Counted from the stretch's first letter, positions 27,027 to 41,912 are shown. The stretch is 64,000 nucleotides of DNA from the human T2T-CHM13v2.0 reference genome, Homo sapiens (GCF_009914755.1 NC_060937.1); one strand, 5' to 3'. The notes: generated from the letters alone by a model not told the origin. Translations and numbers: made by a program.

Positions 27027-27280
27027 GTTTGCTTGGAGTAAACAAGCAAAGCAAATTTCGGAAGTTTGTATGTGATATGAATGCTTTTGCTAAAACAATT
27101 TTCCCTCACTACGTGTTTATCTGTTGGTGTGAAAGAACTCAGCCCAAGCTTTTAGCAATAGTTATGTTACTGTGGGAGGTATGTTATTTTAGTTTTAAAA
27201 TATTAATTTAATAAACAACTTTTAAAAACAGAAATAAAGGTAACAGAATATCAAGTTTAAAATGATGTTTTCTTATTTAG

Positions 27281-27589
27281 ATGGATGATGCTTGGAAGTA
27301 TAATGGAGATGTTGAAGACATTAAGAGAACTCCAAACAATGTGGTCAGCACCCCTGCACCAAGCCCGGACGCAAGCCAACTGGCTTCAAGCTTATCTAGC
27401 CAGAAAGAGGTAGCAGCAACAGAAGAAGATGTGACAAGGCTGCCCTCTCCTACATCCCCCTTCTCATCTCTTTCCCAAGACCAGGCTGCCACTTCTAAAG
27501 CCACATTGTCTTCCACATCTGGTCTTGATTTAATGTCTGAATCTGGAGAAGGGGAAATCTCCCCACAAAGAGAAGTCTCAAGATCCCAG
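27281..27589 (+). CDS. LMO7: LMO7 exon (MDDAWKYNGD...REVSRSQ)
   Basis: atttag|ATG; CAG|gtgagt; 309 nt, phase 0/0. Confidence 0.95.
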
Positions 27590-29724
27590 GTGAGTTTGGA
27601 AAAGTTCTTTATCATCTGTGGCTCAGACACTTACACATTTAAATCTGGAAACCATGTCTCAAATGTCAAACCTCTAGGTGTTAATCTGGGCTGAAAATGT
27701 GCAAAATGATATTCTGGTTTACTTTGAACAGATCTTGGAGGAAGTAGGTCTCTTTCCACTCTGAGTGCATAGATCCAGATAACACTTGTGATATGAGTGT
27801 ATGGAGACTTTGTGCACCAGTCTCCTTGGGATTTGGCTGGTGTTTTCTCTATATTCCATGTTTCAGTAGTGGTTGCCTTATACTGCTAGTGCTATAGTCC
27901 CAGGTTTCAGGTACAGCAGTCACTTTAAAGGTTTTACATGCAGATCTAGTGTATATTTGGGTGACAGAAGCCCTTTCCCAGGGAACTCAACTGGCCGCAA
28001 GGAAAAACATGATAGGTGCTGGAGTCTAGGGACATGGCATTTCTTTTTCGATAATTTTAACCTTCTAGTGACTTTTAATACTATTTTGTACTTTAGAACG
28101 TCTATAATTTTCGATGGTCCCTTGTCTCTAAATGGGACTATTGAGGCTTGGTTATAATATGACAATTGTATTCCACAACATTTGGAGTCCAAACAAAATA
28201 TACCATCAGATGAAGAATGACTGGGGGCATGTGTAGTTTTTCCTACTTAAATTTCTAATAGATGACTTCTAAGAGAATGATTAGGTAATAAATGTTTTTT
28301 GTAGCCTACCTGTAAAACATACTGAAAGCATTTGGGGAACAGAAAGTGTCTCTCTCTTAGAAAGATTCTTTCTAAGCATTTTGATAGTTGTATGAACCCC
28401 TTAGCATGGAAGAGCTTTTGTGGTCCTTTGGCTTGGTTTAGTATTCCCTGTTGCCCTGCAAAACATTAAGTGTGTATTATATACATTAAGTATGTGTATA
28501 TATATGACTTGTCCTAAGTTATATTAGTATTAGAGTGTGTGTGTGTATATATATTTATATATATGACTTGTCCTAAGTTATATTAATAAAATATGTGAAA
28601 TAATTTGGCATTGCATATTTATTATTATTGAGTTTTTATTTGTATGGGAAAACTTAAAAAATTTAAACTTTCTTTTCTGGTTGTAAGGTACTATGTGCTT
28701 GAGAAAATTTGGAAATGCAGGAAAGTATAAATAATTTAAATTGCTGATAATTCCATCATTTAGAGATAATCACTGTTAACATCTAGGTATATTTCTTTTG
28801 TTTTTTTTTCCCATGCATATTTACATATATCTAAAAACAGTTTCTTCAGCTTGCTGAAATAATTAGTTGTAAATTATCATTACATTTTTAAGGAATTGGA
28901 AATATATAATTAACATGCTAAGTCTCAGTGGAGAAGAACAATAGCCTGTGTTATACTTGGGCAACATAAGGTACCAGTAGATGAATAATAAAAGCAGAAG
29001 CGAAGTGCCTTTTGTTTCACAGATTTGCATGTTTGCCTTTACCTTTTTCAAATAGCAAATTCAACAAAGCAGCCTGAATCATGTGCTGCACGCTGGGTGT
29101 TGGTACCTCCCTCAGGGTGGCAGCTGACTAACTGCAACTGTGGATTAAGGAAAAGAGGCTAAGTGTGGTGCGTGGTTGTGTCTCAGGTTATCGCAACTCA
29201 GAGGAGCTTCAATTAATGTGGCACTGTTTCAGATTTCCTCATTAATGGATTTATACTTCTTTGTTCCCAAACTTGAGAGGGTATTCCACCAAGAAAAATT
29301 AGGCTTGATTTGACAAGTGAAGCCATTGGAATTCTTTAATGTGGATATAATTCATGTGGTGACTTACGTATCTCTGATGCTTGGTGTGTCCTTTTCTGTG
29401 CCACTAGGGCAGTAGCTTCTATAGCATCCCCTTGCCTTTGTCTCAGAAGGAGCTTACTGACTTGAGAGAAGGATGTGAATGTGTGTGACAGCTGCTGAGC
29501 AATATGTAAAGGGCCTGTGCAACACTCCCTGAAACTCTATTCAGATGTTATAACTCTAGGTGTTCAGAGGACAGCAAAATCAAGAGTAGCATGTGGCTGA
29601 TCATCTAAATGTTTCGGTAGCTTTGTGAAAGAATGTTCTTCAGGTCATTTTTCTCTTTCATACCTTGGACTTTTGCTGGCACTGTCCTTTCATCTCTTCC
29701 TCCAGACTCCCCCTTGATGTTATT

Positions 29725-30057
<333 letters not shown>

Positions 30058-30309
30058 GATGTTACTCTTTTCTATCCTGGCTTCCACTATGCTAATTCAG
30101 GCCCTTTTCCTATCAGTGCAAATAGTCACAGGTGTTAGTGCATGCTACACAAGACTGGCATCAGATTAACTTGCCTGATGCCAGGTTGGACTCAATAATT
30201 TCTCTGCTCTAAAGCCTCTAGTGGCACTGTGTGGTTTGCTGAATGGAGTTCGTGGCGCTCAGGGAAGCAGTGATATCTCTCACTCCCTTTGTAGCGCAGT
30301 CACAGCTGA

Positions 30310-30535
30310 AGTTAGTGTGCTTACTATGTGCCAACCAGGCTTCTCAGGGCAGTATCTTAGTTAATCCTCACAGCAGCCCTGTGAGGTAATCAACAATCCG
30401 AATGTGGACTATCATGATTATACCTGTTTTAGAAACATAAAAATTGAGGCATGGCATGGGCATGTTACTTGTCCAAGGCCGTGCAGGGTACCAAGTGGAG
30501 TCAGGATTTGAACCCAGGCAGTCTGACTCAAGATT
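30310..30535. mobile_element. MIR remnant
   Basis: ttaatcctcacagcagccctgtgagg...acttgtccaagg...ggatttgaacccaggcagtctgactc MIR core. Confidence 0.75.
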
Positions 30536-32299
30536 TAGTATCATGTTATGCTATCATGCTATGTCCTGGGAAAGAGACACGATTCACCTGCATACCACTG
30601 CTTGCTTTTTCTTGGACACATCACGTACTTTTTGGAGCACATCACTGCTCCCCCATTTGAAGATGCTTATTTCCCACATCTCTGCCTTTTGAGGTCCAAT
30701 TATTTCTCAAAAGCCCAGGAGGACCCCTTCGTTCATGAATCATGATGTCACCCCTCCCCCATTGGAATCAAACTTCTTACCCTTGAAAAGTTTCACTCAC
30801 TGAACTCTTCCTTGTCCCATAGTGTTACGTGTTCCTCTTTCACTGATATTCTTTGTACATTCTTACACATAATTGACACTTAAGTTTTACGGACTTGAAC
30901 TGCATTCAAGGCCTTAATTACTAGGCTGAAGTATGAACTTGATCTGGCAGGTAATTTAAAGTCCTTATTGGTGCTTTAGTGTGTGGGAATTTTAAGATTA
31001 AGGGCTGTTTTAGGAATGTAAGCACTATGGTGTTCCCTAGAGTTATTTTACGAAAGCTAAGTCTGGAAGCAGAGACTGGTTAGGAGCCTATCACAGCATT
31101 GCACTAATAAGGTGGTGTGTGCCATAAAGTAGAACAATCATAATGAAGGGAAGAACTTAATATGGTCTTATTTAAAATCTGCCGATAGGAATTTCCTTTT
31201 CATCCTCATAGCTGAGCTGGGGGTTTTGTCTCTTGCTATTCTTTTTGCACCCTTTCTTTTGTGGTTTTGCTTTTTTCTCTACCTTTCTGGACAATCTAGG
31301 CTGCCAAGCTCATTCTAGAGGTGACCCAAGGCAAGGAAGAGGGAGTGTGACTCCTGGAGTCCTTCATCCCCCCTCCGTCTGCCATGCAGATGTGGTTTTC
31401 ATGATTTTCCCCAAAATTGGTCTTGCCTACAGGTTTCTGTTTTTTCTGCCCTTTCAGAGCTCTATGTTTTTAAACCCTCTACAAATCCACTTTCCAGAAC
31501 CTCTGCTCCAGATTTTTTAAAGCAGTAACCCCCAAACGGGATGACACGTGTGGAAGGAAGGAAGGAAGCTTTCTGCATGTCCATTTCCTGATCTCATCCC
31601 CATGATTACTGCCCCTTGGGATATAGTAGTCAGAGCTTCCCTTATCATAGCTTCATACTGTGCATTTTGCTTGCTTCTCACCTTCACTAGGACCTGCTCT
31701 CTGTAAGGGTGGAACACAATCCTACATTTCTCACTGTCAGCGCAGTGTCTGCATCTGTACATGTTCACTGAATGCTGACCAAATTTTCTTGACTTTAGAG
31801 CTAAGTATGTGAGAATTAAATGGGATTTTCTTTAATTGATCCAGAAACTGCTTAGCCGGCACTTGTATTATGTTTAACATTTGCTTCCATTGGAAAAAGA
31901 AGGCAATTACTGGGCATCAGTCATGTGTGCCTTGACACCTTTTAAATGTTTCATTTAATTATCTCAATAACTCTGCAAAGTAGGTGTATTATCCCCGTTT
32001 TTACCAATGAAGTACTTGAGATTTGAAAGTTATGTAACTTGCCCCAGGCTGGTGAAATGCCTGCGCCACAACTGCAATTTATCTGATGTTAAAGTTTTTT
32101 GAAATATGACAGGCTCACGTTTGAGGACTGCCTTATGTATAGTTAAGAGACCACATGTTGACTTATTTGGACTTTGCTGTGTCTTTAGAATTTTAGAGCC
32201 ACTGGGGACAGAAATGTCTTTTGGTCCATAAAGATAAAATCATCCTTGAAACCATTTTGAGGAAAGGTGGTATTATATGTTTATTGAAACTTACCAGAA

Positions 32300-33130
32300 C
32301 TGAAATGTAGAGTTTGAAATCTTCCAAGTAGGGCAGTAAGGAGCTACCAGCAATTTAAAAATGGAGTGTGATATAATAGCATGTTCTATAACTAAAGTTC
32401 TGGCAACTGTGTGGACAATGAACAAAATAAGGGCTGGAGGCAAGAGAGTAACTTAGGAGGGGTAACCACAGGAGTTTAGGGGAGATCATGGCCTGAACCA
32501 AGATGATAACCCAAGGGAGGGTGGCAAAGATGGGGTGATTCAAGATGGATTATGGACTTGATAGAACTTTGTAAAATGCAAGTGTGTAGGGTGGAGAGTA
32601 GGGGTACAGGGATTGTTGTGTGGCATTCGAGTGGGGAACAGTTAGGGGAAAGAAGGAGAAAGAGGCCTCGAAGGAATCCAGTGTTTCTAACGTGGGCACC
32701 TGATGAACTATTGATGCAATTAACCAAAATATGAAAAACAAGAGGTGGAAGAACAGGTTTGGGCGGAAGATAATGAATTCAGTTTTCGAATTGTTGGACT
32801 TAGGCATCGGAGACATGGCAATGAATGAGGTTGCTCACAAAAGCATGTAGTCAGAGAGGCTGGAGACTAAGGAACAAACAACACAATGAAAAGAGAAGAG
32901 AAAAAAGAGGAACATGCTAATGAAACTGAGAAGTGGCAAGAGACATGGGAAAAAAGGCTGGAGAAAGTGAGATAATAGGTGACTTTAGAAGATTGTTTCC
33001 CAGAAAGCAAGAATAGTGGGCAGTGCCTGGAGGGATGAAGACTCAAGATGTATTTGGTAGGTAGAAGATAATCTTGGAATGGGATGAGGACAGTGGTGGG
33101 TGTATTATAGAAACACTACCTGCCACAGTG
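32300..33130 (-). mobile_element. L2 remnant
   Basis: Purine-rich antisense L2 motifs; the ORF-track peptide 32550..32816(-) is L2-like; boundaries approximate. Confidence 0.55.
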
Positions 33131-35173
33131 GGATGAAGGAAGGAGAGATGGATCAGGATTTAGAGAGAAAGACCAAGATTTGAGGGCTACTCACTTCATT
33201 TTCTCATTCCAGTAAGACCCAGAAAGAAAGACACTAAAGAACTATATGTACACAAATTCAAAGATTATAGATTTCCTCTGATATTCCTGATTTTACAGTC
33301 TAGATTTACTTTTAGGGTTAACTTTAACAACTAAGTAGGCTTTCCTTAACACATTTGTCTAATAGAAAAAATTCGAGGAGTGTAGCTTTTCGATTTCGTG
33401 TTTAATATTGGCCCTGTTTTTTTTTTTAAATTCTATCTATGTTGACATGAAAATCTTAATTCAACAGATTTAGCAGAAATAAGTGTTACTGTTGGGACTC
33501 CAAACCTCCTCATGTTTTTGCTTAAAAATGTAGAGTCTTGTACTTCTGTTTCATCAGTCTGACAGTTGTTGGGGCAATCTGAACTTTCAGTGGATGTGTC
33601 TGCTCAAGTTATACCTAATTTGAGGGAAATTTTTTATCTTATACGCTGAGATGATGATAGACAACTGCCTTGTCTTTTTCTGGCATGAACAACTGAAACC
33701 ACTTGGATAGTTCATTATCAGTCTTCAGGAATCTAGGTTTCCCCCAACAATTTATATTCCTGTTCCATCCAGTTCAAAGATGATTCTGTCATTATTATCT
33801 TCTGAAGCTTGGATTCTTTGTAGGATACTCACTTGGCATATGTCTTGCAGAGAAAAATAAGGAAGTTGAAATCCTTCCTGAAATCATTGATGAACAATTT
33901 ATACTTGAATGTAATTATAGATATGTTCACTTGCAAGAAGTTTCAGGAATAATTTACTGTAAGAACCTGGGATTGGACAGAGATGCCTCAAGACTGCCAT
34001 AAGGGGAAGGCCCCACAAGTGGGGCTCTGGAACTCTTACTTTGAAACCACAACCACCCACTTTAATCCTTCTGTGTAGTGGTTTGGAAAGAGGTGGTCTG
34101 CATAAGACTTTGATTTGAAACTAGGCTACTTAAAACCAAAATTAAAAATCAGTATTTTTATGAAAGAGAAGGCTTTACCAGGCCCAGTGACATGCCTGTG
34201 GTCACCTGGTTAATGACAGATATACACCTGTAATTGCCCATGTGGTCCTCTCCTCTTTGCCTGTGTTCTGTCCCAAGGACTAACACAACACTCTGCCTGG
34301 CTGTAGCCACAGGGACACTGTCCTTCTGTTAAGCCTTTCAAAGAGGAGGAGGTTATCTGCCCTTTTATTAATATTTAAGATGTTTAAATAGTGATTTCTT
34401 TATTTCTGAGGTAAGTACAGTCCTTCATGAGATAGTATGTCCAATCTAATAGAACAGTGAGACATTTCCCTCTAGGGCTTAAGCTCATTCTCTTTGATCC
34501 TATATTTGGTAGAAAAGGATAATGTTCACTTGCCATCTCCCACAAAATATGCTTTATGTAGTTTGAGAGTATTTATTAAGACTCCATCCTGTCTTTTATT
34601 CTTCAAGCTATAAAACACAATGTTTTGAATATGTAACCCATGATTTGTCTGTTTGTCTCTCTTCCTTATATAGCAAATAGATTCTGCACTTTAATTGGCT
34701 CTAAGTCAGATTTTTTTTTTTTGTAAGAGTGGTGAAGATGACCACTTATTTTCACTGAGTCATCTCTAACTTAAGTGTATGGTGGTTTTGGCTAAGGAGT
34801 AGAACCTACCAGTAGTTTTTGCTATTCTTAGCAGAGTTTTATTATATTCTTCAGATTGGCATTCATCAGGTGATTATTAACGAGTGTTATGACTACATCT
34901 GCATTTCCACATTTAAACTGCTTTACAAAGGGCTTTCTGCTGAAAGCTAAAAATCCCATACCCACTGAGATATAAACAATTATTTTTTGAGAGCGAGAAT
35001 CATCCCTAATTTACCTTTGTTTCCCAAAGTGCTAAGTATTGTATTATTTTATACAGAGTAAACAATAAATGTATGTCAAACAATTGAATGAGTGAAAGTC
35101 ATAATACTTCTGCCTGTCCATATAGAGTAGTAAATTCTTGATCCTTTATTTAGTGCCTTCCTTCAAATTCTTG

Positions 35174-35603
35174 TGTACTCAGTCCATTTAATGTTGCTAT
35201 AACAGAATACCTGAAACTGAATAATTTATAAAGAAAAGAGGAGGTTTATTTGGCTCATGGTTCTGGTGGCTGGAAAGTCCAAGAGCATGGCACCAACATC
35301 TGCTTGGCTTCAGGTGAGCACCATGTGCTGTGTCACAACATGGTGGAAAAGCAGATAGGCAAATGTTGTGTGCAGAGACCCAAAACAAGGCAACCTCACT
35401 TTATAACAACCTGCTCTTGTGGTAACTAATTCAGTCCTGCTAGAGTGAGAACTTACTCCCATGAGACTGCATTAATCCCTTCATGAGGGCAGATCCTCAT
35501 GACCCAAACACCTGTTAAAGGTAACACTTCCCAGCACTACCACATTGGCAATTAAATTTTAACATGAGTTTTGGTGGCGACAAATCACATCCACACCATA
35601 GCA
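35174..35603 (-). mobile_element. ERVL-MaLR solo LTR (MST/MLT1A-like)
   Basis: tgtactcagtcc...gctataacagaatacctgaaactg...catgagttttgg...accatagca termini. Confidence 0.8.
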
Positions 35604-36766
35604 AGTACTATCCTAGTTTTTCTCAGAATATTGCTACTTGTTTTAAACCTGTTTTATGGGTAGAAAAACTTAGGCAGAAAGCTTTATGAAGTGCCCAATT
35701 AGTTCCTGGGTTAGGTTTAACTGCCAAGTTAAAATGGAGATTTGGTAGGTCTTTTTCTGGAAAGTAAAACAGGTTTAGGAAGAATTTTAACAGGTAAGTC
35801 TAAGTTTTTTGTGATTAGGAAACAGAGCTGAAACACTGGTCTCATAAATTCATATTAAAATCTATCTGTTGCTTACTCAAAACAAAATATGTAAATTACA
35901 AAAGAAATTAAGGTTTGCACAGACGTAGTATACTGTAAAACTCGAAACATTTGGTTTAGAAAATAACTTAAGTTCCATGAAATTTGGAATTTGTTGTGTA
36001 GTACAGTGATAGCTATGAGAATAATTATACCTTTTGTCCAAGAGGCTATTGTTTTGGGGCTTATGAGCTGATGTCATTTTGAAGAAGTCATGGACTGTAG
36101 GTCAGGATGTGTCAATAGGGACCCTCTTGGTATCTTAAGGAGTAATTCCTTACAGGTGACATAGTTCTGCATTTTGCAGCATGTAGAGCAGCTATGCCTT
36201 TAACGCTAAATCTTCATGTGGCATTTGGGCAAGCAAAAATGCCTTGCCAAACTTCACATGCCCACTAGGGAGTGGTACCAGTCCTAGATGGATGCCACTG
36301 GAGGCTAAATTATGTGTCTGTGAACCACTTGAAGTTATTCAGATCAATATGCCAAGTATTGGGAGTAGGTGTTTAAAAGTATGGTGGTCCTTTTTAAATA
36401 AATGATTTAAATCACTGTACTTTATTCCTGGGCAGTGAATAAATGGCCTGGCCTATAAGTTAGACCCAATTGTACAGTGGGCAGAAACCTAAGCTTATCC
36501 ACGGCCAACTGAATTAAAGTATTAATATGAAGAAAAACATGTAATGACAATAAGATTTCCCTTAGTTTAGCAGAAAAATAATAAACTTGGTGCTATTTAT
36601 ATAAATGAAAGTTTTACCAACCTAAGGAAGAAAGAATGAAGCTTCTAGTTTATCATGAAATGATTCAAGTCTACCTAGCGTGCAGTCTCCCTCCTTTCAT
36701 GGATAGACTTTCCTCCATGTGGGTGCCAGGGACACCGGATACCAGCGTTTCATGTTTTGTTTTCAG

Positions 36767-36881
36767 GATCAGTTCAGTGATATGAGAATCAGCATAAACC
36801 AGACGCCTGGGAAGAGTCTTGACTTTGGGTTTACAATAAAATGGGATATTCCTGGGATCTTCGTAGCATCAGTTGAAGCAG
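36767..36881 (+). CDS. LMO7: LMO7 exon, PDZ N-half (DQFSDMRISINQTPGKSLDFGFTIKWDIPGIFVASVEA)
   Basis: tttcag|GAT; CAG|gtaaat; 115 nt, phase 0/1; xFGF carboxylate-binding loop. Confidence 0.95.
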
Positions 36882-37941
36882 GTAAATTATGTGTTTAGCT
36901 CTACTGAATTTTCTTCTCCTTTTCTATCCTTCATTGTGGGGTTGGGGACCACAGAAATTAGTGTATTTGATATAGGAGGAGAAAACGTGAAAAATGCAAC
37001 CATAAGGCCAGAAAATACATCCTCTTTCCTGAGATTATTAGTTGGGGTTACAAATTCCATATTGTTTATTCTCCTTGACTAATTACTTTTAGTTTTGAAG
37101 AGTCTTAATTTTGTGATTTTACAGATTTTATCCATTTTGGACTTTATATTTGGAAATGCTAACAAACGGCGCTTAAGTAAAGATTCAGAAAGAGCTTTCC
37201 ATGATCAGCCATGCTTTGTAGTAGATATATATGTGCTATTTAATAAGTTGATTTTTTTTGAGTGTTCTAATATACCTATTGCCCATGAAGTTTTCAGGGT
37301 GCTTCAGGACTTCTGCAAAAGGATTACCCCTCCCCTGTCCAGGTCTATACCATGTCAAGCCCAGGAACTCTTTGCAAAACATTACAAGGCCTAAAATTAA
37401 AAACAGGAGTTCCTTTATTTTTACTTTTATTTTTTAGTTTTTTTTACATATTTTAGCTATATAAAATTGCATGTTAACACCAGTTAGTTCTTTTACATCT
37501 TAAGATTGCCTTAATTAGATAATGGTATTTTAGTTATGGAGTAATTTTAAGCAGTTTTAAATAGCTGTGTTTTCTTCTGCTTCATTCCAGAATGTATCTG
37601 AATTGGAAGCTCAATTAAAATGCAGTATGTTTCATATTTCAAATTTAAGAGTAACTTAAATTTTTTTGTCCTTGGGAGGTTAATAAAGAAGTCTTATTGA
37701 ATAGATGAGTTTATCATTTTTCCTTTAATGAAGATGCATTCTATAGAACTTCAAAAAACACCTCTAATGCTTTGTATGTTGTACTCAGATATTTGGTATT
37801 AAAAAAAATAGTGACCTCCACCTGAAAAAGAGAGAAATGGTTAATTGAAATTCAGAGTCATTTTTCTTAAGTTCAAAGCAGCAACTAATAGAACATGTGG
37901 GATTTTTTTCCCCAATTGGTTAATTTATTTTGCATTTTTAG

Positions 37942-38103
37942 GTAGCCCAGCAGAATTTTCTCAGCTACAAGTAGATGATGAAATTATTGCTATTAACAAC
38001 ACCAAGTTTTCATATAACGATTCAAAAGAGTGGGAGGAAGCCATGGCTAAGGCTCAAGAAACTGGACACCTAGTGATGGATGTGAGGCGCTATGGAAAGG
38101 CTG
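37942..38103 (+). CDS. LMO7: LMO7 exon, PDZ C-half (GSPAEFSQLQVDDEIIAINN...DVRRYGKA)
   Basis: ttttag|GT; CTG|gtgagt; 162 nt, phase 1/1. Confidence 0.95.
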
Positions 38104-38948
38104 GTGAGTTTGTGTTACCACCATGTCTGGCATTTGAAACTGGGACCTGGCCGTTGGCAAGTGGTTCTAACAATTTGCTTCAATAACTTTTTATTTTTTC
38201 ACTTATGTTTTGGCATTAAAGGTTTTTGTAGTTACGTCATGACAAATCTTGAACCCTACCCCTTTGAATACTCTGTCTGGATTTTTCACTAGCAAATTTA
38301 CTGAATTCTACATTATTTATTGACTGATTCATGTACTGGTTTGACTGAATGCAAATACCAACTGAAGACAAATGTATCTGCATCCAGGAGTTATTTATAA
38401 TAATATTGAGTATTAAGAATTATGCTATGATTTAACTTTATCTGCAGCATCATAACCATATTGGTATAAGAGAGAGAGCTTGGTAGGTCATATTTCTATT
38501 TATTCTCAAAGAACTTTCAATGTGCATTCCATTAATGTGTTTCTTAATTATAGAGGCTAGATGGGAAAAGGCATTAAGCCTCTGCAGACCTACCAACTTA
38601 TGATATCAAAATAAAATATCTATCCTGGTTTATGGGAAAGATTCAGCAAATTTGCTAGTTTTTTCATTACTAACATGATTTAACCCTTGTGTTTTGGGAA
38701 GGTGGTCTGTTGGTAAAAAGCCCTAAACTCTTGATTTATTTCACACGCTGCCTGATTTGTTTGTCTTGTATATGTAGATTTTTTTTTATATATATGTGCA
38801 TTCAATGACTTTATTCTTTCCACTTCAACATCTATGTGTACTCATTTGATCTTCATGTGCCAATCAGACTGGGGCAAAGACCAACCTTCCCTGCCATTTA
38901 TACGGCATAAAACCCTCAATCTCACCAGTATGGCTACCAAAATTATAG

Positions 38949-39055
38949 GTTCACCTGAAACAAAGTGGATTGATGCAACTTCTGGAATTTACAACTCAGA
39001 AAAATCTTCAAATCTATCTGTAACAACTGATTTCTCCGAAAGCCTTCAGAGTTCT
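38949..39055 (+). CDS. LMO7: LMO7 exon (GSPETKWIDATSG...ESLQSS); possible in-frame upstream acceptor at 38868
   Basis: ttatag|GT; TCT|gtgagt; 107 nt, phase 1/0. Confidence 0.88.
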
Positions 39056-40112
39056 GTGAGTATTTGGAGAAGTAGGAAGTACTGGTGTGGAGTAAAGCAG
39101 CTGTTAGAATTGTGTATGGAAGAAAATAATTTCTTTTGTTTGTACAATTTTGATGCTAACTTTAAAATGTAAATGATTGAATAATGTAAATTATAGTAAA
39201 GAGATACAGTAAAATATATTTTTGAAAATCATAGGCATTCCTCATAGAGTAGTTGTGAGTTATATAATGGTAAAATCCAAAGACCCCATAATGTTGTTTT
39301 GCAGGTGTTTTCCACCAATCTTTCATCATTAGACCCACCTCTCAGATCTTTGTGAGCATGAAGTAGCAATTACATAAAATTATAAACTATAACTTCTTTA
39401 TGCGTTCCTTAGTCTTTACTGGCAAATAAAGTTAATAGTTGGGTGTAATGTAAAACTTCATGAAGCATTTTTAGTTTTTGTGTAGGTGAATTTGATGGGT
39501 AGACTTACATATGTGGTTAAGAGATAATCAGTTTCATTAATTTGATCAAAAATATAATGTAGAAATTTTTCTAAGTATCAAAGCAATACTTTTTCCTGTA
39601 GACTTTGAAGTCATGTGGTTTCTATTTATGATACAAATTGTTCATTTAAATTAATAATTAAATTTAAATTTCAACTAAATATTATGCACTTATACTCACT
39701 CCTTAGATTGTGTTATCATCTCAAGGTATAACTCTTTTATTTAATAAGGAGCTCTTACTATATTGTATAAGAAATGTTTAAGTGTTTGAGAATCCTATAT
39801 GACTGTTTTGTGTACTCATAAATATAAGCCAAATGGACTAATGATTATCTAGCTGATTTTATTTCTTGGAAAATTAATGATCGATTAAACTTAAACTCAT
39901 CCATGCCTGCAGCTGGTCATTAATTCTGCCACAAATATTGAAGTATAATGAAAAAACTTAAGTTTCTACTACATGTAAAAGGCTGTAAGGAATGCATCAA
40001 TATCCCGAGAAACTCATCTTGTTAAAATATATATTTCACTAATGCGAAATGCATTATTTAAGGCCAAAGTCCAACTGGAGAGAATATTAACTAGCATTTT
40101 TACCCTTTCCAG

Positions 40113-40173
40113 AATATTGAATCCAAAGAAATCAATGGAATTCATGATGAAAGCAATGCTTTTGAATCAAAAG
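40113..40173 (+). CDS. LMO7: LMO7 exon (NIESKEINGIHDESNAFESK)
   Basis: ttccag|AAT; AAG|gtaaat; 61 nt, phase 0/1. Confidence 0.9.
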
Positions 40174-41855
40174 GTAAATATCACCTTTATAACTTACATT
40201 TATAATACAGGAAAAGACATAGCACTCAAGTTCTGCTGTTATAAAAATTAATATCTGTGAGTGAAAGAAAAAGTGATCCACTGCAAGTTGAAACTAAAAG
40301 GTTAACACGCAGATCCAATTGCAGCCAGGTGGAAGGGCGTTCAGTTCCAGTGCTGAATAGTTCAGGCACTGCAAACAAAGCTTTGGCAGCATGTTCCGGA
40401 GCTTTGAGTGCCTGAGTGCCTAAGTCAAATAAGAAAGACTGGTTCTTCCTGAGGCCGTCAGCTTTCTTGCTAGGGTATGCTGGCAATGGGAATCTTAGTT
40501 AAGCATGAAACTATGAATGAAGTTTCCTTTCTTCTTTATTGTGAAAGGGACAAGCTTGGAGGCAGTTAGCTGTAAGAGGGAAATGCCAGTGGCAATAAAG
40601 TCATTAGCAGATGTACCCATTTGTAATGACAAAGAAGGCAAAATATCTAGGGAAATTTTGGAGTTATCTCCATCTTTCTTCTTCTGCCCATCCAGAAATA
40701 ATTTAGCTAGCATACATCGTGTGCTATTCCTTGGGCACAGAAAAATAAGAATAGATCCGGTCATGTAGGCAGGGGAAGAAACCCAAAGAAGACGAGACCT
40801 CTTCTGCCATGAACCTAGACTGCCAAGAATGGGACTGGGTTTTCACAGTGCTTTGGTGGCTTTAAATCTACATTCGATAGTTTATAATACATTTTCTTAA
40901 AGCCAACCTAAATATATAAATTTCCCTTTCCTCATCGATTATTTAATTTTGTATTTCATTTCTGATAGACAGAAGTGACTATATTTTGTTTTCAGTTGCA
41001 TTCTTTATCAAAGGAGTTTTTAAAGCAAACTTTGCTTAGTTTTCTCTGTGATGTTACATGTAAAGCACCGGGTCCTATTCCGCAGTGACTCAGGTGAGAT
41101 AGGTGATCAGACATCTAGCTCTATGACGACTAGGGGACTATACGTGGGCCCTGTCATTGGAAGGTTTTGTTTAGATAAGTAAGCACTAACTAGTATCAAG
41201 TAATAATCATAGGTACATTTTATGCCATAGTCTTGTGACAGATCTATGGGAGAAGTCAGAATGTTTTTCTTTTGTTTTCTTGGTGGAACTCCATTTGCTT
41301 TACTTAATAGTAGTAGCTACCAGATCTTGAAAACTAGGTCAAAAAATTCTAGTTAGAAGGTGGTCGTAACTTTAGTATTTTGTTTTCTTTGATCTTTCTT
41401 TGGGTATCATTTTGTTTTGTTTTCTTCCCCATTACTTTTCACTTCTTATTCATAAATGTTGTGAAAACTGTTTGTTATAGACAGTTTTCCAGGTAGTAGA
41501 CAAGATTATGGATTGTTTAACCTAAGCAAAAAATATTGATTTCCTTTTCCCTAAAACGGCGTGATCTAGCATGGAAGATGATACTTTGGCTTTTCATAGC
41601 TGTGAAACTATCATGCTATATGCTAAAGTTTATTAATAAAAATATTCATTCCTTCTACTAATTTGAATGTAATGTAGGCTACTAAAATTGTGTGTCCCTG
41701 TGCCTTGAAATAATCTATATCTTCTATGGCTATCAGTTTTGTGATCTTTTAAAATAATATTGCTACAGATTGGAAAGGTATATCAAGTATCGTTTAATTT
41801 ACCAATGGTGAGAAATAAAAATGAATGACATAGTGTTTATTTTTTTTTCAACTAG

Positions 41856-41912
41856 CATCTGAATCCATTTCTTTGAAAAACTTAAAAAGGCGATCACAAT
41901 TTTTTGAACAAG
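41856..41912 (+). CDS. LMO7: LMO7 exon (ASESISLKNLKRRSQFFEQ)
   Basis: aactag|CA; AAG|gtaaac; 57 nt, phase 1/1. Confidence 0.9.

Larger units (their letters stand above)
26000..27240 (+). mobile_element. Ancient L1M 3' fragment, interrupted by a TA palindrome and a 230-bp duplication
   Basis: tgttggcaaggatgctgagaaacag, catactatggaa and related L1M motifs; boundaries approximate. Confidence 0.6.
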
